Assembly (NCBI GenBank): GCA_964016885.1
Contig: OZ024751.1
Coordinates: forward strand, 49,166,001 to 49,230,000
Length of the DNA: 64,000 bases
Direction of reading: 5' to 3'
From: Eledone cirrhosa
Lineage: Eukaryota
Shown here: positions 15,883 through 29,820 of the stretch, in pieces
Layout of the letters: each line of letters begins with the position of its first letter
How positions within the stretch are numbered: position 1 is the first letter of the stretch
Position numbers and translations under genes: made by a program
Notes under the pieces: model-generated
What the model saw: the letters and a program-made list of their open reading frames with translations, nothing else
What the model was told of the DNA's origin: nothing
Databases searched by the model: none

Positions 15883-16385
15883 TGTGTCTGCGTATGTGTA
15901 TGTTTATGTATGTGTAAATGCTTCCAGGTTTTGGTTATACTTTTGTAGAATTTTTCGATCGCATGGCTTTTAATGTCTTTACTGTTGGTTATTATTGTTG
16001 CTAAGACTTATAATCAACCTGGCCATTGCTATCAATTTACTGTTGAATCACACTACAGGCGTTGTGTTACTTGCCAAACGATTCATGGCTAATTAAGAAA
16101 TCATTACTTTGAAAATATCTTGAAAGTTGAAAGGAAAAATTGCACGGCGGACATTTGCTGTAGACTCATTTAGATTCCTTAATTGAGAACGAACTCACAG
16201 GAGTAGAAAAGATGTTCAGTAAGAAATAGATACAAACAACAGAAGGCTCAGGCACCGAGTTGCACTGGAGAGATAAGAGGCAATGATGCACATGAAAACA
16301 AACGGTAGCAAAGGCTCGAAAATAAGGCTTTGGTACATTATACGTTTGATATCATTTCCTCCCCAACCCCGAAATCATGTTTGTT

Positions 16386-16446
<61 letters not shown>

Positions 16447-16569
16447 GCGGCTACCGCTGCTGCTGCTACTACTAAACTACTGCTCTTCTTGTTGCTACTG
16501 ATGCTGTGGACCAAAGCTTGAGAAAGCGGCTAATGTCTGTAAGAATTGGAATCTCCAAAATAGAATATA

Positions 16570-16696
<127 letters not shown>

Positions 16697-16815
16697 ATAT
16701 ATATTTATATATTATATATATATATGTATATATATGGACCCATTATTTTTATGTAAAGACATTATTTCCAATTCCATCCCGCCCGTCCCTTTAATCTATT
16801 TTATTTCTCATTCTT

Positions 16816-16851
16816 TCTTCTGATGAAGGACTTACGTCCGAAACGTTAAGA
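16816..16851 (+). ncRNA. Minimal type I hammerhead ribozyme motif (family E repeat ~16735-16935; truncated copy 31161-31270)
   Basis: tctt-CTGATGA-a-GGAC-ttac-GTCC-GAAA-cgtt-aaga; stem III is palindromic (AACGTT). Confidence 0.8.
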
Positions 16852-16944
16852 CCCTCTTCCTGCTATATCAAGCGTTACCTAATATATACCTTCCATATAG
16901 TGTAGCGATTGTGTTGTTATTTCTATTTACCTTTTATATATATA

Positions 16945-17420
16945 TAAATTAATAAAAACAATGAATAAAAACAAAGAAACAGTTCATTGTATTAAAATAT
17001 TCATCATTTTACGATCGTTTCTAGGATATATATGTGTGTGTTGGTATGTATATCATATAGATCTATGTAAAAAATTTACAAACTATCAGAGGGAATATAC
17101 ATACTTACACATATATATGCTGTCTTCGGAAATAATTGTTTCTACTTTAGACACATGGCCAGCAATTACCCAGTGCATTACTGGTACTTTATTTTATCGA
17201 CCCCGTAAGGATGAAAGGCAAAGTCAACCTCGGCGGGATTTGAACTCAGATCGTAAAGGGACGTAACTATGCTGGAAAGCATTGCGTCCGACCCTCTACC
17301 GATACTGCCAATCCACCGCTGTCTTCGGAAATAATGATATTTGTTTATTGAAAAAAACCAACAAAGATTTAATATAATAGTTCTGTTTGTGAACAGGTTT
17401 TGAATTGACCAATAGAAAAG
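16945..17420 (-). mobile_element. Diverged PLE terminal repeat (family F, extended-stem hammerhead) interrupted by a SINE
   Basis: Homologous to 36383-36650 (acgatcgtttctagg...gctgtcttcggaaataatga...aattgaccaat). Confidence 0.8.
17131..17319 (-). mobile_element. SINE family A copy with 16-18-bp TSD
   Basis: (gc)tgtcttcggaaataat at 17119-17136 and 17318-17335. Confidence 0.92.
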
Positions 17421-17676
17421 TAATAAGTGGTCAAGTTGATAGAATAGTAGTAGTAGAAATTTAATTTAGGGGTAGAGGAATGCAGACTTCAATTTGAATG
17501 GAAAGAATACTTTGAATGAAAAGATTACTTTGCAGATGAAAAAAGGTCAAGCCGGTGAAAGGTACACGAAAATTTGATGTTATTAAAGAATAATGCTAAT
17601 GTTAAAATCGAAGGAGAATAAATTTTTAGGATAAATGTGTTAGTGAGAAATACCAATCTTCTTTAAAGCATAAGGA

Positions 17677-17738
<62 letters not shown>

Positions 17739-18394
17739 CCATAGCTTTTTGAATAAATGTAATTGTATGACAACGGGCCGCCGCATAAACCCACTGAACG
17801 GAAAATGATGGGTATTAGCAAACATATATATAGAGAGAGCGAGAGAAATTTATAGAATTCATATATATATGTAAGGCAGGTGAAATATAAAAGAAAACAA
17901 TACTGCATCAGTGCTTATATAAATTTAGTCATGAAGCATGTAGACTTGTAATTATGATAGGTATCCGTATGTTCCTGTGAATAAAAATAAGAATAAACAA
18001 TCTTTAATAATAACATTTGAAACTTTTTAGATTTCTCACTTCAAGATATATTACAGAATCAACCTCAAGTACCTAACTGAGGGGTTTCTATAACCTGTAA
18101 CTCAGTAGTTTCATGAAATGTACATGCTAATTTGCATATTAACAGTCATGTATGTAGGTATTTACTATATATTTCCATTCACATGGCATGTTTGCATGTC
18201 TGTATATTAATTGTGTCTATATATAAACACATTGATGCAATCTCGGTTACGTTTATGCGACGCATACACACTCCTAAACACACACATACACCCCTAAATA
18301 TATATATATATAAATATATATATGTATATATACATATATATATAAATGTATAATTTAATTCGGCTGCTTAGGGCACAACTTTATATATATAAAT

Positions 18395-18427
<33 letters not shown>

Positions 18428-18428
<1 letters not shown>

Positions 18429-18587
18429 GTAGAAGTTCTATTTAAATTGTTGGGATACAACAAGCAAATATTTTTATAACTGATATAAAGCATTCAACAA
18501 ATTATTGGAGTAAAAATAGGATATATTAACAAATGGAAACTATATTTATAAAAGCATATTTATTTCATTATACATATTTCAAGGACA

Positions 18588-18592
<5 letters not shown>
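18428..18592 (-). mobile_element. Family D PLE terminal-repeat fragment in (TA)n
   Basis: Homologous to 31295-31430, 53870-53957 and the reverse complement of 29821-29963. It is truncated inside hammerhead stem II. Confidence 0.85.
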
Positions 18593-18671
<79 letters not shown>

Positions 18672-18752
18672 CATACATGCATACATACATACATACACAC
18701 GTACATACATACATGTACATACATACATACATACATACATACATACATACAT

Positions 18753-19459
18753 GGTGGCTGCCAACTCATTTTCGAGTACGGCCACTACTTTATATTCATG
18801 TAGGAGAACCCCCACCGATGTGCTGAACGAGTGAATATACATACATACATGGTGGCTGCCAACTCGTTTTCGAGTACGGCCACTACTTTATATCCATGTA
18901 GGAGAACCCCTACCGATGCGCTGAACGAGTGTGACTTTTTAGTCCAGCCAGCGACTTGAAAACTCTGGTACAAACACTACACCTGTGACAATTATTGACA
19001 CACAGTGCTGGGCCCATGGTACCATGTGATGACAAGTGCAGAGAGATCTCCAGATATAAAGCAATGCCTGTGCCGTGAAGCTTTTATAGTGAGCAAAGGC
19101 ATTGCACAAAGCCAGTCCCACTCTCTTAACCAAGATGATATTTACCAAAAAGAAGATCAAGTCAACATCATTGGATACCATCAGGGTTGCAGGTGTTATA
19201 TCAGAGTTTTCCTTCTCCTAGAATTCTGCCTTGACAAAGGCTAAGGGGTCATCTCTCCCGGTGATTTTGGATGTCCATTGACTCTTAAGAGCTCCTTTGC
19301 CCTTTGACAGGTTTTGTTTTTAGTCCTGCAGGATGTCCAAAGTCACCCTCCTCACCAAGAAACCTTGGTGGGGTTGCCAGTTTAGTCGCCAACGACCCGA
19401 CCATGAGACAGGTTGTACTGGGATACATGTTACCAGTAGCACCAACTGGTGACCTGACA
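18753..19459 (-). mobile_element. Non-autonomous bipartite RTE-derived element with duplicated 3' end and (ATGT)n tail
   Basis: Minus strand 18981-18910 encodes CSVCTRVFKSLAGLKSHTRSAHR* (RTE-like C-terminal C2H2). The 5' part has ctaggagaaggaaaactctg, which I recall as an RTE 5'UTR-like motif. 18753-18833 duplicates 18851-18931. Confidence 0.65.
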
Positions 19460-19517
19460 CATACATACATACATACATACATACATACATACATACATAC
19501 ATACATACATACATACA

Positions 19518-19553
<36 letters not shown>

Positions 19554-19669
19554 TTCCACTTGGACACAACATCATTAGATCGTTTCTAGAATCAGAATAT
19601 CTGACTGTATATATAACCAGTAAGTTAAATGTCACTGGATAATTTGTTCTTGTTATTATTAATTTATTA

Positions 19670-20119
19670 TCTGTCTGGTGGTCATGGCGAAAGAGATAGT
19701 ACGGTGGACACGTTTGAAAGGGCTGAAGACGAGCACTTACCTCTACGGTGATGCCCTGATTAACTTTTTCAAATTTCATTTGAAAAGGAAAATCAGGGTA
19801 GAGAGGGCAGTGCTCTCTTCCCAGCATTTTGTTGAAAGATGGGTGAGAGAAGCAAGAAAGGCCCGAGTGAATGGGCCTACTCTGAGTATGTGTCTGTAAA
19901 TTAAAGGTGGAACACTGGGAGAAGGCACTTGCCTTGGGCTTTCTCCACAAATATCCCTCCGAAGTCTCCCCCCTATTGGGGAATTTTTCATTGTTTTTTT
20001 TTTGTTACACCCTCTGTTTTTGTTTTTTACACGCAGAAATGCCCATTTGTACCGACCTGTATTGTCCTGCACTGTCCTTAATGTCTACTTTATGTAAACC
20101 CTTGTGGTTAATAAAGAAA

Positions 20120-20120
<1 letters not shown>
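19670..20120 (+). mobile_element. 5'-truncated Tx1/L1-like LINE 3' end
   Basis: ORF 19678-19899 (AKEIVRWTR...FFKFHLKRKIRVE...FVERW) resembles Tx1 ORF2 C-termini. The 3'UTR ends in AATAAA then (ATT)n. Confidence 0.6.
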
Positions 20121-20151
<31 letters not shown>

Positions 20152-20160
20152 GTTGTTATT

Positions 20161-21772
20161 CCTTGAATCTCAGTCATTGATGTTGGTTAACTGGAAAGTC
20201 CGTTGGATTGAATATCAAGCCACTACCTGCAGCCTCAGATATTCAGGACGTATCGGAGGGTTCTTGCTGTTCCAAGCAAGCATGCCTTTTGAAGCGTTCC
20301 AAAAAGCGTGAAGGGGCCGATTTTCTTTAACCATCCCTGGAAACTTTTGGAGATAGTCCCCAGTGCGCCTATGACAATCGGGATCACTTTGACTTCATGG
20401 CAGTTCCAAATCCTTTTCACCTCCCACTTTAGGTCCTGGTATCGGTTAATTTTCTCCCTCTCCTTCTCTTGCACTCTCGTGTCGAACGGGCAGGCCACAT
20501 CCATAATCAGACACGATCTTTTTTCTTTGTCCACAACCACCAGGTCAGGTCTATTGTGTTCCAGTTTTTTGTCCGTCTGTATCCTAAAATCCCACAGCAC
20601 CTTCACCTGATTGTTCTCCATCACCGCCTCTGGCCTATGCTCATACCATTTCTCAGAATGTGGTAAATTGTTTACTTTGCACAGGTGCCAGTGGATCACC
20701 CTGCCCATCACATCGTGTCTCCAGCCCTTATAGTGGGTCTGGGCTAGGTGTTTACACTCGGACACAATGTGAGCCACAGTCTCCTCTCTCTCTCTCTCCA
20801 CAGATCCTGCACAGTGGGCTAGCCTCCTCCTTGTAGATATGGTGCTTCAACCACTTCGTTTTGAGGGCCTGCTCCTGCGCAGCCATTAGCATTCCTTCTG
20901 TAGCCTTTTTGAGGTCTCCTCTTCTCAACCAGTTCCATGTCTGTGGATCTCTAAATTCAGTTTTCTCAAAGAAGGTACTATGAAGGGATTTTCCCTTAAG
21001 GCTGCTCTTCCTCCTTGATGTTATTTCCTCCTTGGACATCCCCTGGCCTACTGTCCCCTCCTTCAGTACAGTTCTGAGCATTGGCTCCTTACTATAGGTC
21101 ACGTATTTGTATAGGTTGTTTTTCTCCATCTGAACACAGTCCTCTATGCTGATAAGACCTCTTCCACCCTCAGATCTCCTTAGGTAGAGTCTATCGACAT
21201 CACTCCTCTTGTGGAACATGTTGTAGATAGTCAATAGCTTCCTAGTCTTCCTATCCATTTCTTTTTGTTCAGCAACATTCCATCTCAGAATTCCCGCACT
21301 GTACCTAATAATAGACACAGCTCGGGAATTTACTGCGCTTATGGCATTTCTGCTGTTCAGATGTGACTTCAATACGCTCCTTACTCTCCGAATGTATTCA
21401 GTTCTTAACAATTCCTTCATTTTTTTGTTCTTTATGCCATCAGCCTCCAGAACGCCCAAATACTTGTATCCTTCCTCAGAGTCAATTTCCTTTATCATCT
21501 CACCTGTTGGTATCTGGATCCCGTTACTTCTGCTCAACCTACCCCTCTTCATCACAATGACTCCACATTTACCAATACCAAACTGCATACATATATCACT
21601 GCTGAAAATACAGACAGTATCAACAAGCACATCCAACTCCTTTTCACTCTTCTCGAAGAGCTTAAGATCGTCCATGAAGAGGAGGTGATTTATGGTAAGC
21701 TCTCCCTTTCCCAACTTGTATCCTGCTCTCACTTTTCGCAGTATAATGGTCAGGGGCATCAGGGCAAGGACA

Positions 21773-21774
<2 letters not shown>
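20161..21774 (-). mobile_element. 5'-truncated R4/Dong-clade non-LTR retrotransposon (RT + CCHC + restriction-like endonuclease), frameshifted
   Basis: HLLFMDDLKL, YKYLG, CRICG..ETVAHIVSEC, RHD, RPDLVV...IMDVACP..KEREKINRY, VIPIVIGALG. The frameshift lies in an (AG)n run at ~20780-20798, and the element is flanked by (TAA)n. Confidence 0.9.
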
Positions 21775-21803
<29 letters not shown>

Positions 21804-21804
21804 C

Positions 21805-21841
<37 letters not shown>

Positions 21842-22958
21842 TTTTATTATTATTATTATTATTATTATTCTTTTCATTCAGTTCAACAACATATTCATTT
21901 TTTGACGGCTTGTGACAATATGGCCTCTAACAAACCTTTGTTGTTGTTTGTCGATAACTATATACCCTCCAGAGCTTTTTTTTCTTATTTCTTATTTATA
22001 TTTACTTGTCATTTATTTATATATACATACCGTATGTGTTTATATTTCTATTGACATATCCTTCATATATTTATATATACATAACTGATGTGTTTATATT
22101 TCTATTGACGTATCGTTCATATATTTATATATGTGTGTCTGTTGCAATTAGGCTGGTAACTCTAAACTAGAAATTTATTTATCTGATATATATTTTAAAT
22201 TTTGTCATGCAAATGTATTATATATTATATATTTGGACACCAACGTTCAAGGAAGTTTCTTTTCATTTATCGGTGCTTGTATTTCATTTCATTTGTTTGT
22301 GTTTTTATTGTAGGAGAGATCCTGTTATCTTTGATGTTATTAAATGTTATTTCTTCTTCTTCTTCTTCTTCTTCTTCTTCTTCTTCTTCTTCTTCTTCTT
22401 CTTCTTCTTCTTCTTCTTCTTCTTCTTCTTCTTTTTTTGTATTTTGCAACTTTGTCTTCAGGTTCAATATTGCTTTTCTTAACAAAAATAAAAATGGCAA
22501 GAAGAAAAATCTACTCGCCCCATCAGCTCCTCCTGAATTTCATCTAGTATTTATACAGTTTTATAACTAATTCCAGTCTTGTTTGTACTGTTGACAAACA
22601 CTTCTATTGAATGTGTCATGAGATACTCGAAAATATAAAAGAAACCATGAAAAATGTTTCCCGAAAAATCTTTCTAGTAAACGAATCATGTTTTAAGCTT
22701 ATAGGGAATAATCTGAAAAACAGTAAGAGGGGAAAGATTCAAGCCAGAACAACAATCAGATTCAGACAGTTGTATCAAAATATTCATAAGAAATTCTGCA
22801 TGCAGTTCGCATCCCCGCTATTTCAATATGCGCCATTTTAAATGGACGACCATATAGAAATGATTGCTATAACTATTGATAACAACTTCAACACATTTTT
22901 AATAGCAATGGCATTCATAACAACAAGAACGAAAATAATATTAATATCAACAACAAAA

Positions 22959-22959
<1 letters not shown>

Positions 22960-23035
<76 letters not shown>
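22960..23035. repeat. (AAT)n microsatellite
   Basis: Directly visible. Confidence 0.95.
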
Positions 23036-25204
23036 TTGTCAGTAGTGAGTGCAATCATAATAATTGTAATAATAAGTATGATTCTGATTTAGTAAGTAGA
23101 AAGTTTTCGTTTTCGTAATTCGTTGTATAACAATTACACTACGCCATTTGCTACACGTTATTTGTGTGATTGCTTTATTGTTATTGTCATTGTTGTTTTG
23201 TTGTTGCTGTTGTTGTATTTTCACCCGCCTGGCTATGAATTTGCTCCATCTGTGAAATGTGGATATTTTACTAAGTGCAATTGAAAGAACAACATGTCGT
23301 TTTGTATATCGATCTTCAGAGAATGTTTCATGAAACCGTTTGCACATCTCTTGTGGAAGATACTTAGTGTGGAAGATTTTTAAACACTATTTTATTTTGT
23401 GTAATTCAACTTAAAATACCTTCTCGCCAAAACGACAATGCCTTTCTGAACGACATGAACTCAATTTTGCATAATAAGACAAAGAAAACTAAACGAAAGA
23501 GAATACATTTATTTATCAACAAGGCGTACGCATTTAACGTAGTAAAATATTGACTTTTGGAAAAATAGTAAAATTAATTCTAACAATTACTATGGTGAGC
23601 ATATACATAGCAACAATGGAGGTGCATGCATATGCTTTAGTGAATGAATGAAAGAATGAAAAGGATATACATATATCAGATGTAATTTCGTTCTCGCAGC
23701 CTGTCACAAACACTTGTTGGATATTAATCATACGTCATACAGTATCATAAGGACGTCATTAAGGGAACGAAACTCACCACCACCGCTTAAGTGTAGAGGG
23801 AGTTTAACTCAACTATGAAAGCCCTTTGCAGCAGCCATCATATAAACCGTTTGCCTGATGCTTGCAGCGATCCATACATCTTAAATGTACTATCCGCTTG
23901 GAGGATTAAGATACTTTACGCTTATGTGTATTAGACAAAACGCAGTAGTAGTATATGGATAGAGAGCATTACTTTCAGACACTACCGCCTAGGTGAGTCG
24001 CATTGTCATAATTACCATTATTAACATTTATCATAGAATCATTATTCAATAAAATGATAATGGTTAATATAAAATCATCCCTCGTCATATAATAGTTCTA
24101 GGTAACTGAAGTTGCCCTTCCACCAAATTAATGAATGTTTCATCTTCTAATGTAATGAAACATTATTGAGAATGTGATAACGGTGGGAATAGGTAAATCG
24201 TTAGAGAAAATTCTTTACACCATTTTAAGAATTTTACTTTATGTTTTGATGTCTAAAATATTTGTAGATTTATTCTGCATTTGAATAATTCAAGACTGAG
24301 GAGGAAATGTATCTGTAAATAAATTGAGTCGAGGGTTATGTAATTGTTATATTCATGTGGCTTTTGTTTAACTTAAACTACTCTAGATTCATTTGCTTGT
24401 ACACAGAAGTGAGTAATAGGATTCAGTGATAATTACAAATGTGTCGAATAATGAAATATTTGGCAAAGAGATTTAGAGAGGAATTTGCCTGGGGCGATGT
24501 GTGAGAGTGTGCAGACACAGAAATCTAAAGCTTAATCTGCCATGAATCACTATTTCTCGAACATTTGCAATAACATGGTAGATAATATTCCATACTGATA
24601 CGTAATTAAATGTTGAATGAAATTTAAAACTGCTAGTACTTAATGGACAATATATTCTTCTGTGGTCACACAGCCACTGATGAAATTCTGGATGTTCTCC
24701 AACACACTAAGCGGCTTTAAAATTAGATTTAAATAGATTTACACAGAGATGAGCTTCTAGTTTGATAGGGGCCCAACTCAAATCTTCAATGTTAGAAACT
24801 TTTCAGTTTTTAGCATTTACAGAGAATTTCATTGGTGGAATAAATATTGAAAATTACGCACCAAAACAATGCAATCACTAAGGAATTCTAATTTCATCAA
24901 ATTCTTCAATTTTGTTACCCTCTTTCACGCATCAGTCAATTCTACTGTATGTAGTTTTGGCTAGTTTCTACATCCATCCAACTGCTTGTTGGATAAATAG
25001 ATAAATACACTAAATCCTGACTGTCAAATGTCATGTGCAAATTCTTACGTGCCAAACATATACAGCCTGGTCGATTTGGAACTGACTGAAAAACATTTAT
25101 AATGATTGCGTTCCACAACAACTTTCTTTAGCTATGGTAATTACGAATACGAAAAATATATAACTAAATAAAAAATCGAAAGAGACAAAAACAAAAAGAA
25201 CAGT

Positions 25205-25530
25205 AATAATGGTTTCTTATATAGGCACAAGGCCAGCAATGTTTAGGGAGGGGGAAGTCGATTAAATCGACCCCAGTGCGTGACTGGTACTTTATTTTAT
25301 CGACCCCGTAAGGATGAAAGGCAAAGTTAACCTCTGCGGGATTTGAACTCAGATCATAAAGAGCCGTAACTCTATGCAGCAAAGCATGGTGTCCGACCCT
25401 CTACCGATACTGCCAATCCACCGCCCTAAAAACAACAATAATGATAATAATGATTTCTACTATAGGTACAAGGCCAGCAATTTTGGGGGAGGCAAAAGTA
25501 GATTAAATCGACACCAGTGCATTACTGTTA
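25205..25530 (-). mobile_element. SINE family A copy (25205-25425) plus 3' fragment
   Basis: Reverse-complement match to the consensus; this variant has a ggggtcgatttaatcgacttcccc insert. Confidence 0.9.
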
Positions 25531-26029
25531 CCAAAAACGTTCCAGACGTATCTATTTATATAATCAGTTACTCAAATTATAGTCTCTCAAGATACTAAAA
25601 ATATATATAGGCTTTAGGGTTCGAAATACATCGATAGTGGAGATATTATCTACATATGATTATATAATATTTAAGCCGTTTTTGTGCGATGTCTCGAAGG
25701 TGATGTAGCAGATTGCAGCAGATTAAACTAGTAAAGATAAGGCTCATGTTTAGATACTTTTTACTTTTTGACAGGCAACAGGATAATATATTGAAACAAT
25801 ATAATCAAATCAAAGTCACAATGAACGGAAGCGTGGTACGGCTATAAACCAGTAGGCAGATCCAACTAAGTAATGACAATATACGTATAGAAGGAAAAAC
25901 ATTAAAAAGCACACACAATCAAAGAAATGTATGGATATATATACACCACTAAGTGCACATCTAGACATGTGCGCAAGTAATAAGACACCCAAATTCTAAG
26001 TCTTCCCATTTTATCTTTGCGCTGACAAT

Positions 26030-27170
26030 ACAACAGAACAAAGACGAATAAATAAGGAAAATATGTTTATTCAAAAATATAGACCAGCATTAAATATAGT
26101 TTAACATACATTATGCCAACGCCATAACATGCTAACCATCCAAGCAGACACATACATGCATACACACATAACACCTTCTACTTTAGAAAATAAAAACCAG
26201 AACTGAATCACATTAACATGCTAGCCCACACACACAGTAAAACTCCCTCCCCCATTTCTACTAATAGAATCATTTTCCTACACACACAACGCACACACAA
26301 AATATATATATTATCTCCATCTTAACATGCTAACCGTACTCCCACACACACATACACACACATAACACCCATACACACACACACACACACAACTCCCTCT
26401 CCCATTTCTACTAATAGAATCATCTTCCTACTCCTCCCCACACACACACGCACACAAATAAACATACATATCTCTACTTTCTTTATTTCATGTTCACGTG
26501 ACAGTCATACTTTCATTTATAACCAATCAAATTACATTTCAGTACATCAGTCATACTCAGAACAACTCTCTCCATCCCTTTTTCTTGACCATTATCTTTT
26601 GTTTGGCACAAAATTCTCTAAATGGCTAAAAAAAAAAAAAAGGAAAATTCCAAAATACGGAGGCGAAATTTAATGTACTTGTTCAAGTGACAGTCAGAAT
26701 TTCATTTATAACCAATCAAATAAAAAAAAAAAGCTTCGTGAGCCACTTTTTTTTTAAGTAAAAAAAAATTGATACACAAACTGGCGCGAAAGCTGATGTG
26801 ATTATTCACTTGACTGCATCAACCAACCAAACTTCACTCATATATGAAAAAACAAACTGAGCCCCCCCCCCCCTCTTTGTTTGAAGGCAAATATAATAAG
26901 AACTTTGTAACGCGAACTGGCGCGAAATTAATTATACTTATTCACCAACCAACCAAATTGCTTCTCGAAAAACCTGGCATTTCGAGCCACTTTTTTCCAT
27001 ATAATACAGAAATAACATTCAAAGACCAACCAGATGTGAGAAAAACCACAAACCCTCCATCTCAATTCTACTTTTGAAAAGCAGAAGAACTGCGAAACCA
27101 GTAAAGGAACCAAATAAATATTTTTTTTTAAAAATAAGACTCCAGTTGCATTTTCGATTTCATCTTTTTG
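26030..27170. mobile_element. Unclassified repeat with internal CA-rich tandem units, related to 6150-7590
   Basis: Repeated ttaacatgcta...aactccctc.cccatttctactaatagaatc, and shared ggcgcgaaa/accaatcaaa/gagccactttttt/ttttgaaaagca blocks. Confidence 0.55.
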
Positions 27171-27378
27171 CCCTATATACATATATATATATATACATAT
27201 ATATTTGCGTTTATATACATTTCATTAAACAAAAAATGGATTCCAGAAAAATGACATACACATGTCTATGATTTTTGCAGTAATTACTCTTACACACACA
27301 AGTGCAATTACATACAGACGCATACACACGCACACACACAAACACACACACATATATATATATATACATATTTATCTA

Positions 27379-27516
<138 letters not shown>

Positions 27517-27597
27517 TATATATATATATATATATTTAATAAGGGTTGACGGACCCACCGTATTTATTAATGCCAGTACCGGTTGTATCTCAGCGCA

Positions 27598-27640
<43 letters not shown>

Positions 27641-27875
27641 GTGTGTTTCTGTGTGTGAGTGTATGCGTATGTGTGTGGGTGTATCTATGTATATGTATCC
27701 ATGCATCTATGTATACTTATTTAAATTATGTTTTAAATAAGTGTTCATGTCAAAATAATTTTATGAGACAATTTAATATGCATAATCTATTCATCTATGA
27801 CATTTCTCTCTCTTACACACAAACACTTGCACATACACACATATATATATATATATACATGTGTGTGTGTATACA

Positions 27876-27992
<117 letters not shown>

Positions 27993-28112
27993 ATAAAATT
28001 ATATATATATAATAATAACATTAGCAACCCCACTACCCGGGAGCTTCCAACAGAGATGGTCGCATTCTTTTAAAGGTATGTCAATATGTGTTTATAAAAC
28101 TGATCAATATTA

Positions 28113-28172
28113 TATTTTATCTGATGAAAGCGCACCATAATTTGCTTTGGTGTCCTTGAAATATGTATAATG
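28113..28172 (+). ncRNA. Family D hammerhead motif split by the CR1 insertion (continues at 29821-29963)
   Basis: tattttat-CTGATGA (28121-28127)-aagcgcacca...tggtgtcctt-GAAA-tatgtata-atg; the rest of stem I (aaata) follows 29827. Confidence 0.7.
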
Positions 28173-29820
28173 GTGCTACTCCGGAGCAGTGGAAAACTGC
28201 CAGTGTCATTCCCCTGTTCAAAAAGGGCAACCGCATGTCACCTGTCAACTATCGTCCAGTCAGTCTTACTAGCTGTATGGCCAAACTTATGGAATCCTGT
28301 GTCAGAGAAACACTTTGGAACTTCTGGAGCTCTCACAGCCTCATCCGGCCCTCACAGTTTGGATTTATCCCTAACTCCAGCTGCTGTGATCAGCTTATCG
28401 AGTTCCTTGAGGACATCACCCGGATCACTGACAGCGGCTCATGGGTGGATGTTGTTTACCTTGACTTTGCTAAGGCTTTTAATTCTGTGCCACACAAAAG
28501 ACTTATGGCAAAACTCTCTGCAATGGGTGTGAGGGATGATCTTTTCGACTGGTTGAAATCCTTCATTCTCAGCCGAAAAGAAGTAGTCACGGTTCTAGGG
28601 TAGCATTCTTCACCATATGAGATGTCATCTGGTGTACCACAGGGATCTGTTCTTCGTCCTCTTTTGTTTGTGGCATATATGAATGACATAGATGCCAACT
28701 TACAGAATGCCACGGTACTAAAATATGCAGATGACATCAAGCTGTACCTTGAAATCAAAAGGATTGATCCTGAAATTTACAACTCTTTCCTACAATCAGA
28801 CCTGGACACAATGCAGCAATGGATCACAGACTGGCAACTGAAGCTGGCTGTGGACAAGTGTACCACCATGCATTTTGGAAGGAAAAATCCAGCGTCCACA
28901 TACTCCCTCCACAACACTGATATCAAAAAGTCCTCTTGAAAACGTGACCTGGGCATTACTGTCAGCAACGATTTGCGTTGGACAAAGCATGTCTCTAAGA
29001 TTGTCAAGAAGGCCGAGGGTGTCTTGGCATCACTCAGCAAGACCTTTGTTAGCCGCTCTCCAGCCATCTATTTAAAACTGTATACAGCTATGGTACGACC
29101 ACACTTGGAATTCGCATCATCAGTCTGGAACCCCTATCTTGCTCAGAACATTGACCTCCTGGAAACTGTTCAGAGACGTGCAACCAAGCGCATACCCTCC
29201 ATCAGACACCTACCATACTCTGAACGCCTTGCTTCCCTGGGCATGGATTCATTGAAGCTCCGACGTCTGGCAATGGACTTGGTGAATACCCACAAAGTTT
29301 TTAACCATCTCGCCAATTGCAACCCCGAGCGCCTCTTTGATCTCCATGTGTCTAACACACGTGGACATGCCTACAAGATCAGAAAACAGCACAGCTCCCA
29401 TGACATTCGTAGATATTTTTTTCACGCTCAGAGTTGCTGAAGCATGGAACAAACTGCCTGCGTCAATTGTTAGCTGCCGAGACACTGCATCCTTTAAGAC
29501 ACTCATGCTTCCCGATATACGTCAAAACTACACCTGATGTACCCCTTCCATACACATGCACACATGTGTGTATCATGACTCGTGCACTGTTCATTTTACT
29601 TATGTTTGTGCATTGCCCTATGTACTGTACATGCACTTTTTTGATGAGTTGTGGTGCACCTGGGCACTGTACACAATATTTCATTATTGTTATTATTATT
29701 ATATCATGACTCATACACTGTTCATTTTCCTGACATTTGTACATTATTCTATGTACTATACATGCACCTTTGATGAGTTGTAGTGCACCTGCGCACTGTA
29801 CACAATAACTTCATTATTAT
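28173..29820 (+). mobile_element. 5'-truncated CR1-clade LINE (RT pseudogene + 3'UTR)
   Basis: WKTASVIPLFKKG, NYRPVSLTS, QFGF, YLDFAKAF, SGVPQGSVL, KYADD, VRPHLEFA, VQRRATK. In-frame stops at ~28601 and ~28937; TSD tataatg at 28166-28172 and 29821-29827. Confidence 0.93.

Noticed and set aside
19370-19459. HDV-like ribozyme at the 5' end of the RTE derivative (minus strand ccagt...ctaa-actgg)
   Set aside because: A P2/J4/2-like match is present, but I could not build P1 and P3.
23969-24000. Possible 14-nt microexon ttactttcag-ACACTACCGCCTAG-gtgagt
   Set aside because: Splice-like motifs alone occur by chance, and there is no transcript evidence.
24677-24720. CTGATGA hammerhead core (also CTGAAGA at ~30466, ~62425 and ~2173)
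   Set aside because: No properly placed stem II + GAAA + complementary stem I.
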